Assembly (NCBI GenBank): GCA_028023455.1
Contig: JAQFVV010000010.1
Span: 13,826,001 to 13,890,000, forward strand
DNA: 64,000 nucleotides
Origin: Epiperipatus broadwayi
Taxonomy: Eukaryota > Animalia > Onychophora
Reading direction: 5' to 3'
In this document: in pieces, positions 1 through 12,087 of the stretch
Numbering within the stretch: the first letter of the stretch is position 1
How the letters are laid out: every line of letters begins with the position of its first letter
Program-made: the position numbers and the translations under genes
Notes under the pieces: model-generated
Told to the model about the DNA's origin: nothing
What the model saw: only the letters and a program-made list of their open reading frames with translations
Database searches by the model: none

Positions 1-225
1 CATTTCAATACAAATTTTGCTCATTTTAATGTTAATGCATTGTTCTGTTATGGATTAAAATATGAGCGTTTCATATAGTAACTTGTATCCAAACATTAGT
101 GTCTTTGAATTTTTATAGTGAATAATTAATTCCTCTTAAGTTCATTTAGAGATAATGTTGCTAGTATAATGTTTTAGCCCAATTTATTTCAATTTACAAA
201 TTATTTAATTAAAAAAGAGCTCTAT

Positions 226-330
226 CAAATGTTGTTAGCCGAGAGGTCATTGCAGCAGCCTTGCAAGCAAGTAGTTGGTTGCAGACAGTTGTGGGTTCGC
301 GTCCCGGACGATGCTATGACATATGGAAAA
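226..330 (+). mobile_element. Short tRNA-derived SINE, copy 1
   Basis: A-box-like AGCCGAGAGGTCA, B-box GGGTTCGCGTCCCGG and an A-rich tail. Flanked by a 14-bp direct repeat AAAAAGA(G/A)CTCTAT (212-225, 331-344). Nearly identical to copy 3. Confidence 0.85.
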
Positions 331-399
331 AAAAAGAACTCTATATTTATGTCTTAAATAATAGAGAAATGAATTGTTGTACACAGTGTATTCCAGATA

Positions 400-1170
400 A
401 AGATGACTGATTCTCTTTCCATTAAAAGCAGTATATAAATCACTCTCTTTTGTTCCCAACACTTTTCTTTAATTTGCCTGACAACAAAAACCATGATCTA
501 CAATTCTTTGAAACATGTTGTGTCTCTGATAATCATTTATCTATGACTGAAAGCAATTTTAAAATATCCTTGAAAATACCTTTACTCTAATGGATAATAA
601 TGATATTCCATAACTTTAAAAATTGAAATAATAGAAGCATCTTTAAATCGGGCACCACAATTGTATGAGTCAATATATTTTTTAAAAATTGCAATATTTT
701 TGAAGTATTTTAAAACTTCTTCAGATATTTCATTACAATCTGCAGGCATTTTCAACACACAAAAGACATTTTATCTTTATTAAGCTGGATACCTTGTCCA
801 AATCTAAATGAGTAGATAAATTGGATATATCATTAAAAGAGTCATCTTAATTTTTGTTTCATTATTCAAAAGATTATCACAAAACTCTTTTCAATCTGTT
901 CAAAGTACATTTGTCATCATATAAAAAGTGCCATTTCTGAATTTAATAGGATTCTATTATTGTTCCTTAGGTCCTTATGTCTCTTTCACTGCATCAAAAA
1001 AAGATTAGAGTGATCATGGTCAACAAATGTCTGTATTTTCTTTGCTGTTTTAATCAACTAATCATGTTTAAGTTTTCAGATCTCTATATTTATTTTGAAT
1101 TCCATATTAAATTTATTATTCTGCCTGGCAGAAAATGCCACGTTACTTCTTAATTAAATTACTATTAATA
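400..1170 (-). mobile_element. Degenerate RTE-like LINE fragment (RT N-terminal part)
   Basis: Minus-strand remnants LSETQH...FVVRQIKEKCWEQK..DLYTAF resemble RTE RT subdomains 2-3. Shares DNA blocks (CCAAATCTAAATGAGT; GTCTGTAT.TTCTTTGCTG) with the fragment at 31-32 kb. Many stops and frameshifts; ends approximate. Confidence 0.7.
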
Positions 1171-1231
1171 ATATCATTATCAGAAAATTAATAATGATAC
1201 TCTTTTTTTTAGTGAAACGAAGAATAGATTT

Positions 1232-1956
1232 CAAAATAAAAGTCATAGATCAATTCATAGATCACATGACCCTATCTCTTAAGCTTGTAAGTTATAAACA
1301 GTGAGGATTGCCAATTCCTCTACAAGCTTTATGATAAATGCTTAGCCAGAGCCAGCACTTAAAATATCTCTGTCAGGAACCCCTTCCCAAACCCCTGACC
1401 ATGGTTTCGTGCTTTGGCACTCCTCAGAGAGGTGTCAGGGTAGGTTCAGACACTAGATCTAAAAATACCAACCCAAAGCTAAGCACTTAGCTGAAAGTTA
1501 TCTATTGAGTGGAAAATCTGAAATTTTCAGACATGTACATGTCTTCAAACCCAGCTATCCAACTCAAATAGCTATATGGGGCTGATAGATCTTCAGCCAT
1601 GCCATATAGTAGTAGTCATAGCAATATGAAATTGCATAAGACTTTTTGGCAGAGACTATAAATAGTCAAAATAAAAGTCATAGATCAATTCATAGATCAC
1701 ATGACCCTATCTCTTAAGCTTGTAAGTTATAAACAGTGAGGATTGCCAATTCCTCTACAAGCTTTATGATAAATGCTTAGCCAGAGCCAGCACTTAAAAT
1801 ATCTCTGTCAGGAACCCCTTCCCAAACCCCTGACCATGCCAAAGCACGAAACCATGGTCAGGGGTTTGGGAAGGGGTTCCTGACAGAGATATTTTAAGTG
1901 CTGGCTCTGGCTAAGCATTTATCATAAAGCTTGTAGAGGAATTGGCAATCCTCACT
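1232..1956 (-). mobile_element. Retrozyme-like non-coding element, family 1 (435-nt tandem unit plus inverted arm)
   Basis: Exact 435-bp tandem period (1231/1666; 1396/1831). 1837-1957 is the reverse complement of 1299-1419. The whole insert is bounded by a perfect 13-bp direct repeat GAAGAATAGATTT (1219-1231, 1957-1969). Contains a hammerhead; no ORF. Confidence 0.85.
1381..1444 (-). ncRNA. Type I hammerhead ribozyme (intact core)
   Basis: Minus strand: CCUACCC-UGAC-ACCUCU CUGAGGA GUGC-CAAA-GCAC GAAA C-CAUG-G UC / AGGGGU-UU-GGGAAGG. All conserved core nucleotides, 4-bp stem II, minimal stem III in the palindrome ACCAUGGU, bulged stem I. Predicted GUC cleavage between 1397 and 1396. Confidence 0.9.
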
Positions 1957-2997
1957 GAAGAATAGATTTATTTGTATTCATAACACTCTTGTTAAGTAAA
2001 TTCATTGTATCAATAATATAACCATCCTGAAGTCCAAATTAATAATTTTAGCGTTTAATACGTGTAGTGGATACTTCTAAAATGAACATCTATTTTTTTT
2101 GTGAGTATGATTGGAATAGAATCTAATTTTTAATGCAAATATTTAATTTTGGAGTACATTACTCTGTGATCCATCTCATGTCTGCTTATAAGTGCTCATA
2201 TAATATGAACTTCTCTTATATTTTAATTCCTAACTATAATGTAATCTATTAAGTGCTATTGTTTTGAGTGCAGATGTATTTATATTCTTTTATAATTATT
2301 TTTCTGCACGAAGAATGTGCTTGTGATAGGCAATCCATGTGTTTGTGCAAAAATTCAATAACAACAGACCTAGTTTTAATAGTTTTTGGCCAGTCTGCTA
2401 TGTGTACCAACATATTGAAAAAGGGGGGGGATTATTTTAATGGCATTGTTGTAATAATGATTTCCATGAAGGAGTAAAAGTCTTCTTTCTTAGAATCTCT
2501 GAATCTAAGATTGAGCATAGGCACTAATATCATTATACAAAACAAGCTACATTAGCCTTTCATAAATGAATGAAGAATTAGTCTTTACAACAAATCCAAC
2601 ATCGTGCATTCTTCTTTCATTGACCGATCTACATTTGTAAAAAAAAAAATTTGTATTCATCCACCTGTTAAACTTTTTTTTCTGGAAGATGAATTTTACT
2701 AAGAGTAGCTATGTCAATAATTATAACTCTTGATGGCTCTTCAGCTACCACTATAGTATTTTGTTCTAGTTTTGAAGTGTTTGTATCAAATAAAGTTTGA
2801 ACAGTTCTTATACCTATATTTTAAAAGAAAATTAGATTTATATTGCCTTCTACACATTTGTATCTGTTATATATGTATATAAAATATCGGTGTTTAATGG
2901 AAAATAATACACGGTATAGCCCAAAAAGTTATAATTTATATATATGTATATAAACATTCAAATCACCCACCATAGTATTAAGATGTTTTAGCAACAT

Positions 2998-3060
2998 CCT
3001 CTGTGAATAAATATAAAGTCTGAACTTCAAACAGCTAGACTTTATATTTATTCACAGAGG
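2998..3060. repeat. Perfect 24-bp inverted repeat with 15-nt loop
   Basis: CCTCTGTGAATAAATATAAAGTCT (2998-3021) and its exact reverse complement (3037-3060). Imperfect pairing extends about 20 bp further on each side. Confidence 0.9.
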
Positions 3061-4970
3061 GCTATGATATCTTAACATCGTGAAGGGTAATTTGAGTGCT
3101 TTTCTATCTATTTTTAATTAGTGATAATATTTTCTTATATATATACACTCATGTACATTATAGATATATAATCTATTGAAATGGAAAACTAAATTTGAAT
3201 ATTGATTTTGAAATCAAATTGGCTCTTATCAGCTGGACTGCGTTTGAAATATCTCACTGCTACTTTGCTTCTTTAACTGAAATAATTTTCTAATTCGTTA
3301 ACATTTTACTGCTTTGAAAAGTTTGAACTCACACAGCAGTTTTTATAATATTTTTGAATCATGAATCTCAGTATTTATATTAACTTTATGTATGTCCAAG
3401 ATTTTACAAGATATCATTAGAGGATTTGTTATACATATCAATGATTTTAATAACATGTCATCTGGGATAATATATGCTATAATAAGCATCATTCCTTTAA
3501 TAACTAAGAATGTATGTACATTTTTATATGTATGCCTCATATGTTGATATATTTTTATTTATAAACTATTGAAAAGAGTAATAAACTGCTCTAGGTGATT
3601 TCTGAAAAAGAAAAAACCCTGAGAGAGAAGAATCTATTGCAAATTTTAGAAGTTTTTAAACAGTTATTGTATTATCATCTTGATTATGGCTATTTCCATC
3701 TAGGGACATTGTCTTCAAATCAGAACATTTAGAGAAACGCAGGCATATGAAATACCTATGCTAATCTGAAACTAAACATTTTTAGAACATAAATGAACTT
3801 CATGATCTAGATCTCTTTGGAGATAAAAATACTATAGACACAACTATAATACTAATAATAATCATCTTATGCTTAATGGGCCAGAAGTTTTGTGATGATC
3901 GAGACAGCCAAGTGGCAAGGTGAGTGCGGCACTTGTATTAAACTTGATCCAACTGAGGTTTGGTTTTTTACTCAGATGACAGGTAATACAGGTATCTTTA
4001 TCTCTTAAATCTATCACTATTACTGCTCTAAACCACTCAGAATACTAAGTAAACTATGAAAAATGTCTAGACACTCACCACCATGTTAAATTAATCCTAG
4101 ATTAGTCATTCGTTTTTGAGAATATTTATTTGCTGCAAAGCTAGGTGATTTTTATGATGCAGTAAAGCTATTTTGTAAGTAAGTACTTTGTAATAAAGTA
4201 GAATTTTGAAAGCCACCACTACTAAAAAGTAAGTTACTAGCCGTATGATGTAGTAAATGTTGATGAAGTTTTCACAGTAAACATTTCCATATAAAAAATT
4301 TTGTTCTTGAACAGTAGGAAGTCTTGAAAATATTTATCAAGAATACAAAACATTTGTGTTTTGTGAAATATAATTTTTTTAGAAAACTAATGTCCTACTC
4401 TTTAAAAAAGGAATTCTTGAGTAGCCTGGTGGTAGAAGTTTTTTACTTTTTAATGCTAAGCTAATAATAAAACAAAAATACATAGTTTATTATGTGAATG
4501 TTTACAAATGTAATGATTCCTGCTAAATTTATAAATTATATTGATTAATTAAACTTTCACAATGCAACTCGTTTGCAACCAGAATAATAATAGTTCATTT
4601 TATATACAGATGGGTGGGTGGTGAGATGGATCTTGAGTGAGATAGTCTAATTAGATTATGATTAGAGTTCTTCTTTATAGCTAATACTTTTTTACTCTAG
4701 TTTTCCAATATGCTTTCAGCTCTTGCTTTTTTCCTTCTCTCTTTACATTACTACTTCTCTGATCACCATTGATTGCCATTTTAAGCTCTGTGGGCATTTT
4801 ATCCATTTAATCACTGTACTTTTTATTATTTAAAATTTAATGTGATATTATTTTGATGTGTTGATTAACTGACTAAAAACTAAATAAATCATAAGAATTA
4901 TACTTATATAAAATTACTAGGAAGGAACGTCCATTTCTAAATATTTTTAAATGATCTGATTTTTTTTTAG

Positions 4971-5110
4971 AGGAGAAACAGTTGATGTTTTTTTACATGA
5001 AGAAGCTGTTTACGGATTATCTGTTGATCCTCTAAATGATAATGTATTTGCCAGTGCTTGCGATGATGGAAGAATTTTAATATGGGATATGAGGGAGCCA
5101 GTTACATCAG
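4971..5110 (+). CDS. DCAF5: DCAF5/WDR22 coding exon (first in window; internal exon, WD40 region)
   Basis: TTTTTTTTAG acceptor, GT donor at 5111. Translates (x)GETVDVFLHEEAVYGLSVDPLNDNVFASACDDGRILIWDMREPVTS, matching the DCAF5 segment SETLDVFAHEDAVYGLSVSPVNDNIFASSSDDGRVLIWDIRE as I recall it. 140 nt, phase 2 in, phase 1 out. Confidence 0.95.
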
Positions 5111-6256
5111 GTTATTTTTTTATTTATATTATAAATAAATATACTTTTATGAAGAGACAATATGTGTAAAATATATATTACATGTGGGTGTGCATATATC
5201 TACTTATGTATAAGAATGTTCACTTTATAAATGTGTATTGTGTACACTTAAATGCTGTTTTTTTGTTTTCTCCAAACATAAAGCATAATTTATAATCAGA
5301 AAACTAGTGTCCATATATATTCATCATCGAGTTCTTGGCAAATTATCTAAACATCTCATTCACTCACCTTTAAATTCATTCCGTTTTTTTTTCTAACTCT
5401 GAAATCCCTTCAACATTTTAAGTCTAAAAATTGAAACATATATTTCCTATTCACTTTAATATTTAATTGTTGATTTTATATTTAACATAAATCACCAGAA
5501 CCATTTGCACACACAAATATATAGATGTGTATAACTATCGGATGCAATCTATATATATATGTATGTGTTGCATTAATCTAATAAAGAACAAAATACATTA
5601 CTGATTAAAACTTCTTTTTTTTTGTAATGTATGTCTGCTTATAATTTTAGTATAATATTATAGTATAAATAATGGTCTACCTATGAGGAAGAAATTAGAT
5701 ACTTATTTAAAATATATATATATATAAACTGTATTTCCTCTCATGTGTGTGATTTCTATATTTGCTATTTCGGTTATCATAGATTTAAAAAAAATTAAAT
5801 AAAAAAGTAATTTTAATTTTATATATTTTAATTTTTTTGTTTTCGGTTTATATATAGCAAGTGTGCACATTTTTAACTTGCATATATATAAGTTTATTTT
5901 AATAATATCTGCAATAATTCATTCATAGACAACACACTCGCCCTGAATGACTTAATGCTACTAATGTGTGAATGGATGGTGGGTTTTTTTTTAAAAAAGG
6001 GAGTTATATATATGCAAATAATAAACGATATGCTTAATCTTTAATAAAAAATAAAAAAAATTATATCTAAGGTTAAAAAAAAGTTGGATAATTTTAACCT
6101 TGCTTGAAATACCATATTTGTAAAATGAATTTATATGTGTGCACTATATGTGAATATTTAGAGCAAAAGAGAAAGATTCCTACATATTAAGAATAAAATT
6201 TTGTTAAGTATATATAGTGTATATTTTTTAATAATTTAGTCAAGTTTTTTTATTAG

Positions 6257-6386
6257 ATCCATTTTGTCTGGCCAATTACACCTCGCCTTTTCATGCAGTT
6301 ATGTTTAATCCTGTTGAGCCACGATTGCTAGCAACAGCCAATTCCAAAGAAGGTATTGGATTGTGGGATGTTCGATCACCAAAAAG
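6257..6386 (+). CDS. DCAF5: DCAF5 coding exon
   Basis: TATTAG acceptor, GTAAAA donor. DPFCLANYTSPFHAVMFNPVEPRLLATANSKEGIGLWDVRSPK. 130 nt, phase-compatible with both neighbours. Confidence 0.96.
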
Positions 6387-6524
6387 GTAAAAAAATATTT
6401 TAAAATATATATATATTTTATTACCTTGGAATTTATTACAACTGTTAATTTCAATTTACCTTTATTATTAATGAAATTGTTAGATTTTGTTAAATTACAT
6501 TTTGATATTTTATTATGTTTATAG

Positions 6525-6738
6525 CTGCGTAATGAGGTATGGTGGCAATTCGTCTCAGCAGAGTTGTATGAGTGTACGATTTAATGGCAGTGGTACACAA
6601 ATTTTAGCCTTACGCAGAAGGTTGCCCCCAGTTCTGTACAGCATTCATTCCCAGCAGTCCCAACACCAGTTTGACCACACAGGATATTATAATTCGTGTA
6701 CTATGAAAAGTTGTTGTTTTGCAGGTGATAGAGATCAG
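6525..6738 (+). CDS. DCAF5: DCAF5 coding exon
   Basis: TTTATAG acceptor, GTAAAT donor. (S)CVMRYGGNSSQQSCMSVRFNGSGTQILALRRRLPPVLY...YNSCTMKSCCFAGDRDQ; contains the DCAF5 signatures LALRRRLPPVLY and TMKSCCFAGDRDQ. 214 nt. ORF-track entry 6487-6837 is this exon plus intron read-through. Confidence 0.97.
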
Positions 6739-7670
6739 GTAAATATTCAAAATTTTTGCATATGTACTATTCAATTATTACTAACAGATTATTTGTGTGT
6801 GTGTGGAGGGATTCTTCATTTATCAGGATTGATTTGATTCAGAAAAATAACATGTAGGGGAGGGAGGGGGTTCAAATTTCTATGAAAATGATCAGTGTTT
6901 AATTGTTAAAGTTGTATACTGACTCTGAGATATTTAAGCTACGCATGAGTATTAACATTTTGTGTAGTATATATATTTGTTTATAAAGATAAAAGTTAAA
7001 TAAGCACAAAAGTTTTACATTTAAAAAAAACATTAAAACAAGTAATGAAGTAAAAAAGCATGGAATTAACATTTATTTTTCCTATAATTTTCTCTTTAGC
7101 ATTTTTAATTTCTTAACACAATTGAAAAGTGGATCATGAACTTTAACAAAGTGAAGGATGTCTTTTTTATTAGATTTTCAAATGGAAACTTAATCATAAA
7201 AATGGTTTCTATATTTTTTTTTATTGCTGAATGCATAAACCAAGGAAAGTAATATGATCTTTTCATTTTATGTCATCAAAATTAAAAATTTGGCTTGTGA
7301 TATAATTGTTTTCAGCCATTAGAAATTTATTCCAATACTTTCATTAAATTTTGTTTGTTTGTTTTTTTTTTCTTGAATTTCTTGCTTTTATTTGATTAAT
7401 AACTTTTCTTATCATATTAATTTAAGGCTCCAACCATAGGTCCTGGGTTGGATTTTTAAAAAGTAGGCAATATTTGTATTGCATTCATCATTAATAACTT
7501 CTAATTTCATTTTTTAGCAATAAATATAGCTTTTTTTTTTTTTAAATTTAGAAGATATTGATGTTATTCAGTAACTTAGTAATTGTACTTTTATAACTGA
7601 AAAGAAAAACCTAATATCACAATGCTTTTTTAAAAATGGTTGTCATTTTAAAATCACACTTTTTTTTCTC

Positions 7671-7701
<31 letters not shown>

Positions 7702-10700
7702 TTTGAGCTTGCATGTTGAGAAAATAATTGTATGACATAAAATAATTATTTTATATTTATTTCAGTTTCATCTATATTTGCCAGTGGAAATACTGTAATG
7801 AAGCTAGCTTAATTTTTTTTCCTTAACTGATTAATTTGTTTATGAATTCGCTTTGAAGTCATTCTCTTTGCAAATTAAGATGCTTCACTTAAGTATTTGC
7901 ATAGATTAGCAATACATCACAGAAAAATTTCATTTCTAGATCATTTAATGTTTATTTAAAAGTTATCTCTTATATAGAATAATATGAATACTTTTTACAA
8001 TAAATTATCAACTTAATAATAATATTACGAATCTAAATCAATTTTAAAAAACATAAAACATTTTTTTTTCCCAAATAAATGATGTATGGTCAGATTTTGG
8101 GTCACACTAATGAAACTTATAATAAATAATAGGGATAATAAATTGTCAAATATTACATTGAAACTTAATACGTGACATTAGGGCTATATGCTCTTCCATG
8201 AGTTATAGTTAATCAAAATCTTTTTTTTCATTTGCGTAATTTTGTTTTCAGAGAAAACAAGAAAACTAGATTTGTCTTAATTGTTAGATCCATCCCCCCC
8301 CCCCACAACAAATCTATCTATATTCTATTATGTATTATTATGTAAATGTGAAAGTTTGTTTGTGATTTTATAACTCGACAAATATTGCACCAACCTTGAA
8401 GAATCTTGCATGACTTTCTTTTTTTATATATATAGAATTTTACTTTGCTTTAATTATTTTTTTAAAAAATTGTAATTTGCAATATAAAAATTCTTGGAAA
8501 ATCTATATGGTATTTGTTTTTGAATGATGTCATAAAAAAACAAAAAGTGGGCAGCAGTGATTAAAAAATTACAGAGCTAAAAAAATTTTAAATGAACAAG
8601 TATAGTTTTTGGTAAAGCAAGGTAAAATTTGATTTTGCAAATATATTTTAGATTAATTAAATTACATTTATATCTTATATTTAATGACAGTTTATATCAA
8701 TTATAATAATGAATTTGATAAACTTTTAGGATTTTAGCTTAAATATATACTTAACATATGTTAAAGTAAAATTTAAAATGGCCTGGGTCAGCAAGAAAAA
8801 TACTATTGATTTTGATAAACTTTTTGTTATTTTCTTTTAAGTATATTTTTATATGATAAAACAAGTTATAAATATATTTAATTAAAATGTGAGAAAGAAA
8901 ATTTCAAAATAACATGGGTATTTGCCTGATTTTAAAAATATTAACCTCCATTAATTAACTAAAATATTAATGATTTGATAATAAAAAGATAGGTTAAATG
9001 TATAGGCATGAGAAGTAGGCTGCCATTATTTATCTTCTAAAAAATGTCAACATACAATAAATAAAAAATTTCTAACTTTTCATATTTTTTTTATACTTTA
9101 TTTATTATCTACCTATTATATATATACAAGCTATGGATTATTCTTTTATGGAACTTGATTCAGTTTAAGCATCTTCACATAAATTTGCATAAAATTTGCG
9201 ATAACACCATTATAGTTCTTAAATAAATTCCAGTAGCCATGAATATGGGACTATGAAATATCCTGAAAGCGCACTCAGCAGTAACATTTGGACAATATTA
9301 TTTGTTTTCAATCACTATTAATAGCTTCATTATCTGTGCGCATAGCACATATATATATATTTATTGTGTTTTACAAATTATATACTTAAAGCAGTATTAA
9401 AAATTATCCAATACAATATTTTAAAGAATTCTTAAAATATATTTTTATTATCCTTTATATATATATATACAATACATGCTAATATCGTACAATTTTTGTG
9501 ACAAATAGCTAATGTTCGTTATTACACAATACATGCATTGATTCAGAAATGGCATTTTAGGCAACTTGGAGAAAATACCAGTCACCTTTTTTACTTGAAC
9601 ATACTGCCATTGACAATAGTGACTCAAAAACTTAATATTTAATTATTTAATCAAAAAGGGTTAAATACATCAATTTCTAAATTTTAGGATGTTGTCATTT
9701 ACAAACTTTATTTTGCCTAGAATTTTTGTTGTTGTAATTAATTATTGTTATATGTACTTATTTGTGTTCATTTTTTAAAGAAAATATTAATATATAGAAA
9801 ATATTAGGTCAGGATCTTAGAAGGAGAGGTAAATTTAATTTTAAACTAAATGTCTCTAAATTTCACCAAATTCAAACCATATTGCATTCTATATTAGATA
9901 AATATTTATATCTACTTCTCTTCTTAAGATCATTTGACCATTTATTCCTTCTCTTACCTTTTTTTTTATTCAACCCTATTTTCTTATTCAAATTGTTTTT
10001 ATTCTGCTATATATTAAATCAAACATAATCTTCCCTTGTAATTTTTTCTATATTCTTTTTCTTATCATTCTCTTTTAGTTTTATTTATTTCACATCTCAT
10101 TTCACTATTAAACCTTATACAAAATTCATATTTTTTCATTTCTCTACCATTTATCTTTCATCTTAATGCTGATCCAATGCAGCTTTTCTTACCCATTTCT
10201 TAATCATTTAGATTTTATTAATTATCCTTATTATTAACTATGATTTTTTTTTTGTTCAAATATTGTTTCACTTCGTGTTTTTTTTTCTTTCTTATTTCTA
10301 TTTTTTTTTAAAAAAAAAAAAAAAGATAATTTCAAGACTTGACATGCATTTTAATAATGTTCCTAAACCTGCTTCATCTCAAACATATTTTAATTGAAAT
10401 TTACTTATCTCACTTAAAGCTTTTCTAATGAATTTTTTTTTATTCATTATTACCATGTTACTGTCTTTACAAAAACTATCGTTTTTATCATTTTTCATTC
10501 TTCTTACTTCTTCTCTTATCATATATATATATATATATTATAACATTTCACTATTTCATTATTTTTATACAATTATATCTGTTTATATTAATTTTCTGGT
10601 TTTTTTATAAATGATCTATATTTTTATTATCATCATAATTCCTAAATAATCATTATATATCTTGGAAATTGCTTTAAATCTTTTATGATGTTACTATCGA

Positions 10701-11696
10701 ATAGTTAAAAAAAAAAAAAATTATTCCATTTATGTTTATATTCAAAATAAATAACTGATATACAAACTTTTTTTTTACCATGGCCCAATGATTCACATTG
10801 TTTTCAGACTTCTATATCAGGTTTTTTTTTTATTGCTATCTCTGATAATGAATATATAGTAATCATTTAGTAGGCACTGAGTAACATTCGTTGACACTTA
10901 GGGGGAGTTACTGTACCACTATTGAAAATGCTAATTGAATGTAAATGCTTACAAGCAGAAAGAAATACAGATAATGAAGTTGTGGGAGAATAAATATAAA
11001 CAAAGTGATTATACAGAAAGTGGTTCATGGTTTTTATGATGGGTTTGTAAAAAGATAAGGGGTATCTAGATATAAAAGCCATAGAGTGGACAAAGATAGT
11101 GTTGAAATGGGATGGAGCAGGATAGAGAAGAATATGGGAGAAACTGGGTGTGGGGAATGGAAAGGGAAGATAAGATGGCTAATAGGTTTCTCTGAGCATA
11201 GTGACTGGAGATTCCTGACGTTGATAAAGAAGAAGCTGTAGCACATTGCATGTCAAGTGATAAATAGAACAAGTAATGGCAGAGATTTTTTTTTGTTTTG
11301 TTTACAAATGAAAATAAAGAAAAGTAAATGTGTATTATGTAAACAAAATTAAATCAAATATATTATGTGTAATTTTACTCAGGAATGATATTACAGTTGC
11401 TAGATGGCTAAAAAATTTAGAAAATTAATTAAACGAATGAATAAGAACAAAAATACAACTTATTTATGCAAGTAGGAATTTACTGATACCATTTTTTTTT
11501 TTTTTTAAAGAAATAAAGGTTACAAATAAAATACAAAATGAATAAAAGTAATTTTTAAAAAAATAAATAAATAAAAGGTTGCGTGAAATATTGAAATCCT
11601 ATTTTGTTAAGGGGTAGTATTTTATTTACAGATTTATCATTATTTTCAGTTATTTTTTAGTAAGATCAAGCCTCTACTAGATTTTGTTAGTTTGTA

Positions 11697-12087
11697 GTTT
11701 TTTTTTGTTTTTTTTAAGACTTAGCACTGCTTTTAGATCAAACATCCACTAGATTTTTCACATGCCTATACAGGTGATGAGTATTGAAAATTAATAGGTA
11801 ATGTTTTTATTTTATTTTTTATGTGTGAGATCGCAGCAGGAGGAAAGAAATAAAACCAAAGGAAACAGTTAATTTTTTTGACCAAAATAAAGTTAATATT
11901 TTTCTGTATGTGTTTTAGTCAAAGCAATACTACACTGGAGAAGCGGCCTTTAAAGTAACAAACATGTTTTTCTTGTCATAGAAACCTAAAGGAAAATAGA
12001 TAAGAGAATTAGGTATAGTTTTTTTTATCACTTTGTGTGCGTGTTTTTAAAAAACTTTAGACTATTTGAAAAAACAATCAGGTTGAG
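11697..12087 (-). mobile_element. Orphan retroposed insert with 20-bp target-site duplication
   Basis: Perfect direct repeat CTAGATTTTGTTAGTTTGTA at 11677-11696 and 12088-12107. The insert begins with a T9-G-T9 tract, i.e. a poly(A)-like tail on the minus strand. Confidence 0.55.

Noticed and set aside
1-4970. Upstream DCAF5 exons (e.g. the short GNDEQVILHD-type exon)
   Set aside because: No matching sequence found by eye; they presumably lie 5' of the window.
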